DNA of 64,000 nt, taken from assembly GCA_021793195.1 (NCBI GenBank), contig JAJYTG010000002.1:2969-66968 (forward strand). The letters are read 5' to 3'. Below, piece after piece: positions 20,295 to 29,955 of the stretch. Origin of the DNA: Pseudomonadota bacterium (GTDB lineage: Bacteria; Pseudomonadota; Gammaproteobacteria; Xanthomonadales; Rhodanobacteraceae). The position numbers and the translations under genes were made by a program. Each line of letters starts with the position of its first letter. The stretch's first letter is position 1. Under the pieces are notes generated by a model. The model was not told where the DNA came from and made no database searches. It saw nothing but the letters and a program-made list of their open reading frames with translations.

Positions 20295-20506
20295 GCTGCG
20301 GTTCCCCCTGCGGAAGATGACGGCGCCCGGGTGATGCAACCCGCGGGATCGGCGCGGTTGCGCGGCAAGGGCAGGCATGCGCTCGTGGCGCGGCGGTCGC
20401 CACTCTAGCGCAGCGGGCCGACGGCGATCCGGAGCGGGAATGCCGCGCGATGGGGAGTGGCGGCACGGATGCCATAATGGCGTGGTTTCGCCGGCCGGAG
20501 TCCGCC

Positions 20507-22177
20507 ATGAACGCCCCCACCCGCAGCGACCCGTCGCGCGTGATCCGCGCGCCGCGCGGCGCCGAGAAATCCTGCAAGAGCTGGATCACCGAAGCGGCCT
20601 TCCGCATGATCCAGAACAACCTCGATCCCGAGGTGGCCGAGAATCCGGCCGAGCTGGTGGTGTACGGCGGCATCGGCCGCGCCGCGCGCAACTGGGAATG
20701 CTTCGACGCGATCCTGAAGTCGCTGCGCGAACTCAACGACGACGAGACCCTGCTGATCCAGTCCGGCAAACCGGTGGGCGTGTTCCGCACCCACGCCGAC
20801 GCGCCGCGCGTGCTGATCGCCAACTCCAACCTGGTGCCGCACTGGGCGACCTGGGAGCACTTCCACGAACTGGATCGCAAGGGCCTGATGATGTTCGGGC
20901 AGATGACCGCGGGCTCGTGGATCTACATCGCCTCGCAGGGCATCGTGCAGGGCACCTACGAAACCTTCGTCGAGCTGGGCCGCCAGCACTACGGCGGCAG
21001 CCTGCAAGGGCGCTGGATCCTCACCGCCGGCCTCGGCGGCATGGGCGGTGCGCAGCCGCTGGCGGCGAGCATGGCCGGCGCCTGCAGCCTCACCATCGAA
21101 TGCCGGCAATCGCGCATCGACTTCCGCCTGAAGACGCGCTACGTCGACGAGCAGGCGACGGACCTCGACGACGCGCTGGCGCGCATCGCGAAATACGCGC
21201 AAGCCGGCGCGGCCAAATCCATCGCCCTGCTGGGCAACGCCGCCGAGCTGTTGCCGGAGCTGGTGCGCCGCGGCGTGAAGCCCGATGCCGTCACCGACCA
21301 GACCAGCGCGCACGACCCGATCAACGGCTACCTGCCAATCAGCTGGACACTGGAACAGTGGGCCGAACGTCGCGCCGCCGATCCCGAAGGCGTGCGCGAT
21401 GCGGCCAAGCGCTCCATGCGCGTGCATGTCGAGGCCATGCTGGCGTTCATGGATGCCGGCGTGCCCACCTTCGACTACGGCAACAACATCCGCCAGATGG
21501 CCAGGGACGAGGGCTGCGTGCGCGCGTTCGAATTCCCCGGTTTCGTGCCGGCCTACATCCGGCCGCTGTTCTGCCGCGGCGTCGGCCCGTTCCGCTGGGT
21601 GGCGTTATCGGGCGATCCGGAGGACATCGACAAGACCGACGCCAAGGTCAAGGAACTGATCCCGGACGATGCCCACCTGCACCACTGGCTGGACATGGCG
21701 CGCGAACGCATCAACTTCCAGGGCCTGCCGGCGCGCATCTGCTGGGTGGGTCTGGGCCAGCGTCACCGGCTGGGCCTGGCGTTCAATGAAATGGTGCGCA
21801 CAGGTGAGCTGAAAGCGCCGATCGTGATCGGCCGCGACCATCTCGATTCGGGCAGTGTCGCCAGCCCCAACCGCGAAACCGAGGCCATGCGCGATGGCAG
21901 CGATGCGGTGTCCGACTGGCCGATCCTCAACTGCCTGTTGAACGCCGTCAGCGGCGCCAGCTGGGTCAGCTTCCACCACGGCGGCGGCGTCGGCATGGGC
22001 TACGCCCAGCACGCCGGCGTGGTCATCGTCTGCGACGGCACGGCAGAGGCCGATGCGCGCATCGCGCGTGTACTCTGGAATGACCCCGGCAGCGGCGTGA
22101 TGCGCCATGCCGACGCCGGCTATCCCGATGCCATCGCCTGCGCGAAAGAGCAGGGGCTGAAGCTGCCGATGGTTTGA
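20507..22177 (+). CDS. hutU: Urocanate hydratase
   Basis: [61 protein letters not shown]. Confidence 0.97.
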   Translation: MNAPTRSDPSRVIRAPRGAEKSCKSWITEAAFRMIQNNLDPEVAENPAELVVYGGIGRAARNWECFDAILKSLRELNDDETLLIQSGKPVGVFRTHADAPRVLIANSNLVPHWATWEHFHELDRKGLMMFGQMTAGSWIYIASQGIVQGTYETFVELGRQHYGGSLQGRWILTAGLGGMGGAQPLAASMAGACSLTIECRQSRIDFRLKTRYVDEQATDLDDALARIAKYAQAGAAKSIALLGNAAELLPELVRRGVKPDAVTDQTSAHDPINGYLPISWTLEQWAERRAADPEGVRDAAKRSMRVHVEAMLAFMDAGVPTFDYGNNIRQMARDEGCVRAFEFPGFVPAYIRPLFCRGVGPFRWVALSGDPEDIDKTDAKVKELIPDDAHLHHWLDMARERINFQGLPARICWVGLGQRHRLGLAFNEMVRTGELKAPIVIGRDHLDSGSVASPNRETEAMRDGSDAVSDWPILNCLLNAVSGASWVSFHHGGGVGMGYAQHAGVVIVCDGTAEADARIARVLWNDPGSGVMRHADAGYPDAIACAKEQGLKLPMV

Positions 22178-22241
22178 GCAATGGCCTGGCATCGTCGACT
22201 TCGCTGCACCGCATCCGCGCCGCGCGCGGACCTGACCGACA

Positions 22242-23540
22242 TCAGTGCACGCGTGGCGGGGCGTAGTGCCGACCCGGTTCCAGCGCGTGCACGTAGGGTC
22301 CGTTCCAGTCGCGATCGAAGATCGCCGTGAGCGTGCGCGCCGGGCCGCTGCCGGCGATGAACAGCGAGGCATCGACGGTGGTGGCGAAGTAGCTCCAGCC
22401 CCAGTTGCCGGTGCCGATGAAGCTGACGCGGCCATCGACCACGGCGTATTTGCAGTGCTCCACGCGGGCGTAGGGGATGAAGCCCTGCGGTGCCTCGGGC
22501 AGGGCGCTGTACTTGACCGCGATGTCGGGCATCAGCGCCAGCGATTTCAGGTACGCCTGCATCGGTTCGCGCAGCGACCAGTCGGCGACGATGATGCGCA
22601 CCTTCACGCCGCGCGCGGCGGCATCGCGCAGCGCGCTGTCCAGCACCGGCCACCAGCCCCGGGGGCCGTAGTCCTTGAACGCGCTGAGCGTCATCACCTG
22701 GATGTCCAGCGTGTGCTGCGCGCTGTCGATGAAACGCACCAGCTGCGGTTGCTCCTGATCCAGCCAGGCCGGGCTCAGCGCCGGCGGACTGAAGGCGGGG
22801 AACAGGCTGATCGGCGCGTCGCCGGGCTGTTCGAGGATCACCGGATCCTGCGCGGTCACCGGCGCGAAATCCGGCGGTTGCACGGCGCGCCTGGCTGCCG
22901 CGGGCAGATCGGGATCGGCGGCGAGCCGCCAGTCGAACTCGAACGCGGCATCGAAAGTCCGCGCCAGGCGCTCATTGCGCAACACGGCACCGATCTCGTG
23001 GATCTGGCTCAGCGCGCGCCAGTCCCAGTTCTGCGAGCCGACGAACACGGTGTGGTCATCGACGATGAAGTACTTGGCGTGCAGCACGCCGCCGGTGAGC
23101 CGGTTCACCGGCAGGATGCGGATGTCGATGCCGGGTTTGCCGTGCAGCAGGTCGTAAGCCGCGCGGCTTTCCTTCATGAACGTGGCATCGAGCAGGATGC
23201 GCACCTTGACGCCGGCGGCGGCGCGCCGGATCAGCGTATCCAGCACCGGTTGCAGCGCCTCGCCCGGCTGGTTGCTGATGTAGAACGCGGCGAGGTCGAT
23301 GCTGCGCCGCGCATGGCTGATCAGGCCCAGCCACACGGCCTGCGTGCGCGGCACGCCGGGCTGGCCGTAATCGGTGGCCACCGGCACGCTCTCGACGATC
23401 TGGAATGCCGGCGCCGCGGCGGGCGGCGCCTGTGCCAGCGCAAGGCCGGGCGGCAGCAAGGCCGCCAGCAGGGCGAGCACGCGCAGGCATGCGCCGGGTG
23501 TGCAACGGTACGTCGGGGTCGAGGGCGGTTTCGAGCTCAT
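22242..23540 (-). CDS. Secreted PLD-superfamily enzyme with two HKD motifs, PLD3/PLD4/K4L-like
   Basis: Signal peptide ..LALA/QA; IVESVP, SIDLAAFY, LHAKYFIVD..VGSQNWDWR, IPYARVEHCKYAVVD..IGTGNW. Confidence 0.85.
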   Translation of the reverse strand: MSSKPPSTPTYRCTPGACLRVLALLAALLPPGLALAQAPPAAAPAFQIVESVPVATDYGQPGVPRTQAVWLGLISHARRSIDLAAFYISNQPGEALQPVLDTLIRRAAAGVKVRILLDATFMKESRAAYDLLHGKPGIDIRILPVNRLTGGVLHAKYFIVDDHTVFVGSQNWDWRALSQIHEIGAVLRNERLARTFDAAFEFDWRLAADPDLPAAARRAVQPPDFAPVTAQDPVILEQPGDAPISLFPAFSPPALSPAWLDQEQPQLVRFIDSAQHTLDIQVMTLSAFKDYGPRGWWPVLDSALRDAAARGVKVRIIVADWSLREPMQAYLKSLALMPDIAVKYSALPEAPQGFIPYARVEHCKYAVVDGRVSFIGTGNWGWSYFATTVDASLFIAGSGPARTLTAIFDRDWNGPYVHALEPGRHYAPPRVH

Positions 23541-25240
23541 CGGCGGTTGCCTTGTACGGTACTGGCGACTGGGGGCGCGGCGCGGTCGGCAGCCGGCGCC
23601 GCCGCGTGCGCCGCGACCAGGCGCACGATGGCGTCGAGGTCCTGCGTCGGCAGCGGCGGTACCCAGTTGCCGGCGGCATCGATCGGGCGCTGGTAGTTGT
23701 TGAGCATCAGCGCGAAGGCATAGCGACTGCCGCCGGCGCCGTCGAGATAGCCGGAAAGCGTGTAGATGTGCGCCAGGGTGCCGGTCTTGGCGTGCACCGC
23801 ATCCCCTTCGGGCAGGTCCTGCAGGCGTCGGTCCAGGGTGCCGTCCCGGCCGGCGACGGGCAGCGCCTCGGTGAGCACGGCGGCCCAGGGTTGCCGGGTG
23901 ATCCACGCCAGCAGCGCGGTGGTGGCGCGTGGCGAGACCAGGTCCTGGCGCGACAGCCCGCTGCCCTCGCTGAAGTGCGCCTGTTCGCGCGTAATGCCGA
24001 TCTCGCCGAGCAGCGTGCGCATCGCGCACAGTCCCCATTGCTCGGTCCAGTGCAGCACCCAACCACAGGAACCCCGCCCGCCGTGTTGCCAGAGCAGGCC
24101 CGACTGCAGCAGCAGGGTCTGCGCGTAGAAGTTGTCGGACTGCTTGAGCATGTGCCGCACCAGTTGCGACAGCGGCGGCGAGGCCACGCTGGTGATCTGC
24201 ACGCGTTGCGCGCTGTTCATGGCCGGATCGTTTTCGGGCCAGCGCAGCACGCGCAGCCTGCCGTCGAAGGCGATGCCGGTGTCCGTGATCGCCTGCAGCA
24301 ACTGCCGGCCCGCCATGCGCGCCGGATCGGGCGCGGCGAGCGCGAAGTCACGCTGGCGCACGCCCGGCGGCAGACTGCCGCTGACGTAGAGGGTGTCGTG
24401 GCCGAGCGGACGGTAGAGGCCGAGGCTGGCCGGGTCGCCCGGCGTGGCATCCACGGTGAGATTGACCACGCGCACGCCGGCGGCGGCGGGTTCCACGCTG
24501 ACCGTGCAGCAGTGCGCCGCGTCGCGGCGCACGTTGACCTCGATGCGGCCGGCATTACTGGTCAGCGCGCTGACCGCGGGTGCGTAATCGGCAAAGAGGT
24601 CGTCGGCCTCCCAGCCGGTACCGAAGGGCGGGCCGCGGAACAGCGTGGCGTCGGCGATCAGGTCGCCTCGGATGCGCGTGACGCCTTGCGCGACCAGCGC
24701 TGCGGCGAAGCGCCCGGCCCAGTCGCCCGAGGTCGATCCGGCGGCGGTCGTGCCGAGTGTCGGATCGCCGCCGCCGTGCAGGATCAGGTCGCCATGCAGC
24801 ACGCCGCGGGCATCGGGCTTCTCGCTGGCGTACAGCGTGGTGGTGAAGCGCGCCTGCGGCCCGAGCCGATGCAGCGCCAGCGCGGCGGTGTAGAGCTTGG
24901 CGTTGGACGCCGGCACGAACAGCTTGTCGGCGGCATGCTGGTAGAGCGTGCGGCCATCGGCGAGATCGATCACGTCGATGCCCCAGCGCGCGCCGGCAAA
25001 GCGCGGCTGCGCAATGTAGGCATCGAGGCGCGCGCGCAGGGCGGATGCGGCAGGTGCGGGCCGCGGTTTCGCGGCGCCCGTCGACCGTGCCGACGCCGGC
25101 GGCGCTGGCGCCACCTCGCCCGCGGGCGCGTGGCCGGTGGCGGCCGCGGCGGCGTGCAGCGGTGCCGCGCCGCAGCCCGCGATCAGCAGCGCGAGCGCAA
25201 GGGTGCCCGATCGGACGGAACGGAGACGCGAGGGGATCAT
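23537..25240 (-). CDS. dacB: D-Ala-D-Ala carboxypeptidase/endopeptidase, PBP4 (peptidase S13)
   Basis: PASNAK (SxxK), GGGDPTL, KQSDN (SxN), EGSGLSR, AKTGTL (KTG); hydrophobic N-terminal signal. Confidence 0.92.
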   Translation of the reverse strand: MIPSRLRSVRSGTLALALLIAGCGAAPLHAAAAATGHAPAGEVAPAPPASARSTGAAKPRPAPAASALRARLDAYIAQPRFAGARWGIDVIDLADGRTLYQHAADKLFVPASNAKLYTAALALHRLGPQARFTTTLYASEKPDARGVLHGDLILHGGGDPTLGTTAAGSTSGDWAGRFAAALVAQGVTRIRGDLIADATLFRGPPFGTGWEADDLFADYAPAVSALTSNAGRIEVNVRRDAAHCCTVSVEPAAAGVRVVNLTVDATPGDPASLGLYRPLGHDTLYVSGSLPPGVRQRDFALAAPDPARMAGRQLLQAITDTGIAFDGRLRVLRWPENDPAMNSAQRVQITSVASPPLSQLVRHMLKQSDNFYAQTLLLQSGLLWQHGGRGSCGWVLHWTEQWGLCAMRTLLGEIGITREQAHFSEGSGLSRQDLVSPRATTALLAWITRQPWAAVLTEALPVAGRDGTLDRRLQDLPEGDAVHAKTGTLAHIYTLSGYLDGAGGSRYAFALMLNNYQRPIDAAGNWVPPLPTQDLDAIVRLVAAHAAAPAADRAAPPVASTVQGNRR

Positions 25241-25449
25241 GCGGACCTGTCGACGGCGCCGGGATGCGGCGGCCACAGCCTACCCGAGCGCCGCCGTCGC
25301 GTGCGGCGCGGGGCCGTGTCGCGCCGGCGCGCCCGTTGCCGGCGATGATCCGGTGAGCCGGATCATCGGTCGGAAGCTGCGCCGGGTTCACGCCGCAGCC
25401 GTGGCGATTGTGGTTCACTCGCACCCTCGCTGGGCTGATTCCGTTGGCA

Positions 25450-26112
25450 ATGACCCGTACCCGACGCACACTGGATCTGCTCACGGCCCTGCTGGCCTGG
25501 AGCGCGCTGGTCCTGCAGTTCGCGCTGATGCAGGAGCAGGCGCATCAGGTCAGCCATGAATGGATGACGCTGCGCTATTTCAGCTACTTCACCATTCTCA
25601 GCAATCTCGGCGTGGCGCTGGCCTGCAGCCTGACCTGGATCGGCCGCGATACCCGCGCGGGCCGGCTTGCCGCCCACCCCGCGGTGCGCGCCGCGCTGAC
25701 GCTGTACATCCTGGTCACCGCGAGCGTGTATCACCTGCTGCTGGCCGGACTGTGGCGGCCGCAGGGTCTGCAACTGCTGGCCGATGCCCTGCTGCATACC
25801 GCGGTCCCGGCGCTGTACGCCGGCGGCTGGCTGCTGCTGGCTCCGCCGCGCACGCTGCGCTGGCGGCAGGCGTTTTACTGGCTGCCGTTTCCCGGCGTCT
25901 ATCTGGCGTGGGCGCTGCTGCTGGGTCGGGTGCTGCATGTCTATCCCTATCCCTTCATCGATCTCAACCGGCTCGATCTGGCGCTGGTATTGCGCAACGC
26001 CGCCGCGATGGGCCTGCTGTTCCTGGCGCTGGGTGCGCTGCTGGTCGCCTGGAACCGTCGTCCGGCGTGGCGTCGCGGCGCGTCCGCCACCGCCTCCGAG
26101 CCGCAGGGTTGA
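25450..26112 (+). CDS. Pr6Pr / FAR-17a-AIG1-like membrane protein
   Basis: FSYFTILSN, LLHTAVP, YPYPFID; about 6 TM helices. Confidence 0.8.
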   Translation: MTRTRRTLDLLTALLAWSALVLQFALMQEQAHQVSHEWMTLRYFSYFTILSNLGVALACSLTWIGRDTRAGRLAAHPAVRAALTLYILVTASVYHLLLAGLWRPQGLQLLADALLHTAVPALYAGGWLLLAPPRTLRWRQAFYWLPFPGVYLAWALLLGRVLHVYPYPFIDLNRLDLALVLRNAAAMGLLFLALGALLVAWNRRPAWRRGASATASEPQG

Positions 26113-26134
26113 GCGCGGCCCAGCGATCGCCGGC

Positions 26135-27346
26135 ATGAAGGCAGCCCATCTGCAGGTTTCCGATCTGCACGGTCTGGCGCGCCTGGCGACCGACGCCACG
26201 CTGGGCGTGACCGATCTGGTCGAGGCGGTGCACGCCGGCATCGCGCGCCCCTGGCGTCGTCGCGATGCGCCGGATGCCGCGCGCACCCGCGGCATCACCG
26301 GACTGGTGTACGCCGGCATTCGCGGCCTGACCCGCGGCATCGGCGGCGGTGCCGCGGCCGCGCTGGAGCGGCTGGTACCGCATGCCGATGCGATCGAGCC
26401 CACGCCGGCGCGCCTCGCCGCGCTGGCGGCGCTCAACGCCGTGTTCGGCGACCGGCTGACCGCCGACGGCAATCCGCTGGCGCTGCCGATGCGGCTCCAT
26501 CGCGCTGACGGCTGTCCGTTGCCGATGCGGGCGCCGGCGCCGGTCGCGGCCAATCTCCCGGCCGGCCCGCGCGTGCTGATCCTGGTGCACGGACTGGGCC
26601 TGCACGACGGCCACTGGCGCCACGCCGGACACGATTACGGCGCGCTGCTGGCGCGCACGCGGGGCTACACGCCGCTCTACCTGCGCTACAACACCGGCTT
26701 GCACGTCGCCGCCAACGGGCGCGCGCTGGCCGAGCTGCTGGAGGTGCTGCAGTCGCAATGGCCGCTGCCGATCGAGTCGCTGGCGATCGTTGCCCACAGC
26801 ATGGGCGGACTGGTCGCGCGCAGCGCCTGCCATCACGCCGAGCGCGCCGGATACGCCTGGCGATCACGGCTGCGGGTGCTGGTCTGCCTGGGCACGCCGC
26901 ATCACGGTGCGCCGCTCGAGCGCGCGGGTCTCGGCGCGCAGCGCCTGCTGGCGGCGCTGCCGTTCGCGGCGCCGTTCGCGCGCCTTGCGCGCCTGCGCAG
27001 CGCGGGCATCACCGATCTGCGCCACGGCAACCTGCTGGAAAGCGACGCCGGCGAAGCGGACCGTTTCGCCGATGCCGCGGACCGGCGCACGCCGGTGCCG
27101 CTGCCGCAGGACGTGCGCTGCCATGCGATCGCCGCCAGTGTCGGCACGCGGCGCGGCGGGCTGGCCGCGCGCCTGCTCGGCGACGGTCTGGTGCCGCTCG
27201 ACAGCGCGCTGGGCCGGCATCCGCAGCGCGCACGCCGACTGGCGTTTCCGCGTTCGCGGCAGTGGGTGGCGCAGGGCATCGGCCACTTCGACCTGCTCGG
27301 CGATGGCGCAGTGGCGGAACGCCTGCAGCGCTGGCTGGCGGTCTGA
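26135..27346 (+). CDS. Alpha/beta hydrolase, PGAP1/lipase-like
   Basis: LVHGLG, RYNTG, AHSMGGLV nucleophile elbow, LGTPHHGAPL, GDGLVP, GHFDLL. Confidence 0.85.
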   Translation: MKAAHLQVSDLHGLARLATDATLGVTDLVEAVHAGIARPWRRRDAPDAARTRGITGLVYAGIRGLTRGIGGGAAAALERLVPHADAIEPTPARLAALAALNAVFGDRLTADGNPLALPMRLHRADGCPLPMRAPAPVAANLPAGPRVLILVHGLGLHDGHWRHAGHDYGALLARTRGYTPLYLRYNTGLHVAANGRALAELLEVLQSQWPLPIESLAIVAHSMGGLVARSACHHAERAGYAWRSRLRVLVCLGTPHHGAPLERAGLGAQRLLAALPFAAPFARLARLRSAGITDLRHGNLLESDAGEADRFADAADRRTPVPLPQDVRCHAIAASVGTRRGGLAARLLGDGLVPLDSALGRHPQRARRLAFPRSRQWVAQGIGHFDLLGDGAVAERLQRWLAV

Positions 27347-27401
27347 CACCCGTTCGCTGTCAAGATACGAAACCGCGTCGCCCGGATGCAGCGCCCCCTT
27401 T

Positions 27402-27427
27402 GTCATTCTGAGCGCAGCGAAGAATCT
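27402..27427 (+). repeat. REP-like palindrome, family A, solo copy
   Basis: GTCATTCTGAGCGCAGCGAAGAATCT; near-identical to copies at 29220-29245 (minus) and 33559-33584. Confidence 0.8.
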
Positions 27428-27574
27428 GGCTTTCGCCCAGTGCGCATACCGGGCCGGGTGCCTTGCCCGCGGGCACGGGCCTGCGTGCTAGCCTCGTCGG
27501 CGCAGAGCCGAACTGCGGCGCACCCGCGCAGCCGTCCGTCCGTTGATCCACCCCCGCCACCAGGAGCACGCGCC

Positions 27575-27691
27575 ATGAGCAAAGGCATGAACCAGAAGAA
27601 GGACACCAAGAAAAAGCCGCTGAAGACGCTGAAGGAAAAGCGCGCGGAGAAGCACGCCAAGAGCGAAGGCAAGACCTTCATGCCGAAGTGA
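27575..27691 (+). CDS. 38-aa Lys-rich small protein of unknown function
   Basis: AGGAG RBS 8 nt before ATG; MSKGMNQKKDTKKKPLKTLKEKRAEKHAKSEGKTFMPK; codons almost all G/C-ending. Confidence 0.8.
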   Translation: MSKGMNQKKDTKKKPLKTLKEKRAEKHAKSEGKTFMPK

Positions 27692-27810
27692 GCGTGCGCG
27701 GTGCGCACGACGCGCGTCGAGGATGCGCGCGGGTTGCATGCTGACGACGCGACGGTCTTTCGCGCCGCAGCGCTGCGTGCGGACCGGCGCGGCGGCGCGA
27801 TGACGGCGCC

Positions 27811-29001
27811 ATGAGCACGACGGGCGCGGAGGCGGATGTCGCCATCCTCGGTGGCGGCGCGGCGGGTCTGATGTGCGCGCTGGTGGCCGGCCGGCGCGGC
27901 CGCCGCGTGCGCGTGATCGAGCATGCCGAGCGCGTCGGCAAGAAGATCCTGATGTCTGGCGGCGGGCGCTGCAATTTCACCAACACCGGCACCACGGCCG
28001 CCCACTTCATCTCGGCCAACCCGCACTTCTGCAAGTCGGCGCTGGCGCGCTACACGCCGCAGGATTTCATCGCCCTGGTCGATCGCCACGGCATCGCCTG
28101 GCACGAGAAGGAACCCGGGCAGCTGTTCTGCGACGACTCGTCCAAGCCGATCGTGCGCATGCTGCTGGACGAATGCGCGGCGGCCGGCGTGCAGATCGAG
28201 ACGCGCTGCAGCGTCGAGGACGTGCAGCATCGCGACGGCGGTTTCGCGCTGGCGACGACATCGGGCAGGGTGCGCGCCGCATCGCTGGTGGTGGCGACCG
28301 GCGGCTTGTCGATCCCGAGCATGGGCGCGACCGGTTTCGGCTACGCGCTGGCGCGCCAATTCGGTCACGCCGTGCGGCCGACGCGCGCCGGACTGGTACC
28401 GCTGACGCTCAGCGGCACGCACCAGCAGCATTATCAGGACCTCAGCGGCGTGGCGCTGCCGGTCGAGGCGCGCTGCAACGGGCAGGGTTTTCGTGCCGGC
28501 CTGCTGGTCACCCATCGCGGCATCAGCGGCCCGGCGATCCTGCAGATCTCCTCGTACTGGCAACCGGGCGACGACCTGCGTCTGAACCTGCTGCCGGATT
28601 GCGATGCGTTCGAAGTCCTGCATGCGCAGCAGCGCGCGCACCCGGACGCCGAGCTGCGCACGCGACTGGCCGAGCTGCTGCCGCGGCGGCTGGCGCAGCG
28701 GCTGTGCGAGATCCGCCTGTCCAGCCGGCCGTTGCGCCAGTACCGCGAAGCCGAATTGCGCGCGGTCGCCGCGCAGCTGCAATCCTGGCCGCTGGTCGCC
28801 AGCGGCACCGAGGGCTACCGCACCGCCGAGGTCACCCTGGGCGGCGTCGACACCGACGCGCTGTCATCGACCACGATGGAATCGCGCCAGGTGCCGGGGT
28901 TGCATTTCATCGGCGAGGTGGTGGATGTCAGCGGCCATCTCGGTGGCTACAACTTCCAGTGGGCGTGGGCTTCGGGGCATGCCGCGGGCGAAGTCGTCTG
29001 A
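27811..29001 (+). CDS. NAD(P)/FAD-dependent flavoprotein, HI0933/YhiN/BaiN family
   Basis: GGGAAG, GKKILMSGGGRCNFTN, VATGGLS, THRGISGPAIL, TLGGV, GGYNFQWAWASG. Confidence 0.93.
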   Translation: MSTTGAEADVAILGGGAAGLMCALVAGRRGRRVRVIEHAERVGKKILMSGGGRCNFTNTGTTAAHFISANPHFCKSALARYTPQDFIALVDRHGIAWHEKEPGQLFCDDSSKPIVRMLLDECAAAGVQIETRCSVEDVQHRDGGFALATTSGRVRAASLVVATGGLSIPSMGATGFGYALARQFGHAVRPTRAGLVPLTLSGTHQQHYQDLSGVALPVEARCNGQGFRAGLLVTHRGISGPAILQISSYWQPGDDLRLNLLPDCDAFEVLHAQQRAHPDAELRTRLAELLPRRLAQRLCEIRLSSRPLRQYREAELRAVAAQLQSWPLVASGTEGYRTAEVTLGGVDTDALSSTTMESRQVPGLHFIGEVVDVSGHLGGYNFQWAWASGHAAGEVV

Positions 29002-29031
29002 TACCGAATTCGCGTTCCATCGATACGATGA

Positions 29032-29065
29032 GTAGCCCGGATGGGGCCGTAGGCCGTAATCCGGG
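29032..29065 (+). repeat. GTAG-tagged REP
   Basis: GTAG-CCCGGAT-GG-GGCC-GTA-GGCC-GTA-ATCCGGG: GTAG tag followed by an imperfect hairpin. Confidence 0.7.
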
Positions 29066-29066
29066 G

Positions 29067-29286
29067 CCCAAGGGATGACTCTCCGCCGTTGTCATCCCTT
29101 GGGGACTTCCGTTGGCCGTCCCTTGGGGATTTCTCCGCTGGACTTCCTTCGGTCGCGTTGGTCTGAGGCCACAGGGCGAAGGATCTTTCGGGCCTGGCGG
29201 GCCAGATTCTTCGCTGCGCAGATCCTTCGCTGCGCTCAGGATGACAAGGGAGTGCTCAGAGCGACCAACGCGAGCGGGGAAGTCCC
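29067..29286. repeat. Nested palindromic mosaic, including an inverted family A REP doublet
   Basis: CCCAAGGGATGAC/GTCATCCCTTGGG (29067-29103); outer inverted repeat GGACTTCC..TCGCGTTGGTC (29140-29163 vs 29263-29285) enclosing a REP pair at 29163-29245. Confidence 0.75.
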
Positions 29287-29292
29287 GAAAGT

Positions 29293-29565
29293 CTAGGGCG
29301 CGGGCGCGGCCCCGGCCCCGGCCCCGGACACGCACAGCGCGCGCTTGGCCGCGGGCGACAGCTGCTTGATCGCGTACTCGGCCTTCAATGCCGCCGAGCG
29401 ATCGGGATATTCGAACCGCGCCAGCAGTCGCGCCGGCGGATGCGCGCGGGTGTAGCGCGCGCCCTTGCCGCGCGCGTGCGCGGCGTAGCGTGCGTCCACG
29501 TCGACAGCGATACCGGTGTACAGACTGCCATCCACGCATTCGATCAGATACACGAACCAGGTCAT
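29293..29565 (-). CDS. Small GIY-YIG nuclease (UPF0213/YhbQ-like), 90 aa
   Basis: WFVYLIEC.DGSLYTGI..D..AR..AH..GKGARYTR...A.KAEYAIKQL...KRAL. Confidence 0.92.
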   Translation of the reverse strand: MTWFVYLIECVDGSLYTGIAVDVDARYAAHARGKGARYTRAHPPARLLARFEYPDRSAALKAEYAIKQLSPAAKRALCVSGAGAGAAPAP

Positions 29566-29582
29566 GCGCGGCGCCCCGCGGG

Positions 29583-29894
29583 TCAGGCCAGGCTGGCGGC
29601 GATGCGGCGCCAGCTTGCGCGTTCGGCGCGACAGTCGCTGCCGCCCATGGCGAACTCGCGGCAGACCCTCGGGCGCTGCGCATGGATCGTGCAGCGCAAG
29701 GTGTCGCGGTCGAGCGCCACGCACCAGCCGTCGTCGAGCCGGCGCATGACCTCCATGCCGTGCGCGTCGGTGGCGATCAGCGACTCCGGCACCTCGTCAT
29801 CCGCCATCACCAGCACCGTCAGCTGGCAGCAGCAGGCCTGGCAGCGGCTGCAGCGGATCGCGGCGGGATCTTCAGGTTCGGCGAGGTGCGGCAT
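29583..29894 (-). CDS. YkgJ-family cysteine-cluster (Fe-S/Zn) protein
   Basis: CSRCQACC...WCVALD...CTIHAQRP.VCREF..G..C. Confidence 0.88.
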   Translation of the reverse strand: MPHLAEPEDPAAIRCSRCQACCCQLTVLVMADDEVPESLIATDAHGMEVMRRLDDGWCVALDRDTLRCTIHAQRPRVCREFAMGGSDCRAERASWRRIAASLA

Positions 29895-29955
29895 GCCTGC
29901 AGTGTCCCACAGGCCGCCGGGCGCCAGATCCTGGCTGGGGACCATCTGAACCAGC

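Noticed and set aside
27575-27691. KKKPLK match to eukaryotic TMA7
   Set aside because: A six-residue low-complexity match is not evidence of homology.
29309-29327. (GCCCCG)x3 simple repeat at the GIY-YIG 3' end
   Set aside because: In-frame hexamer encoding a GA tail; it cannot cause phase variation.
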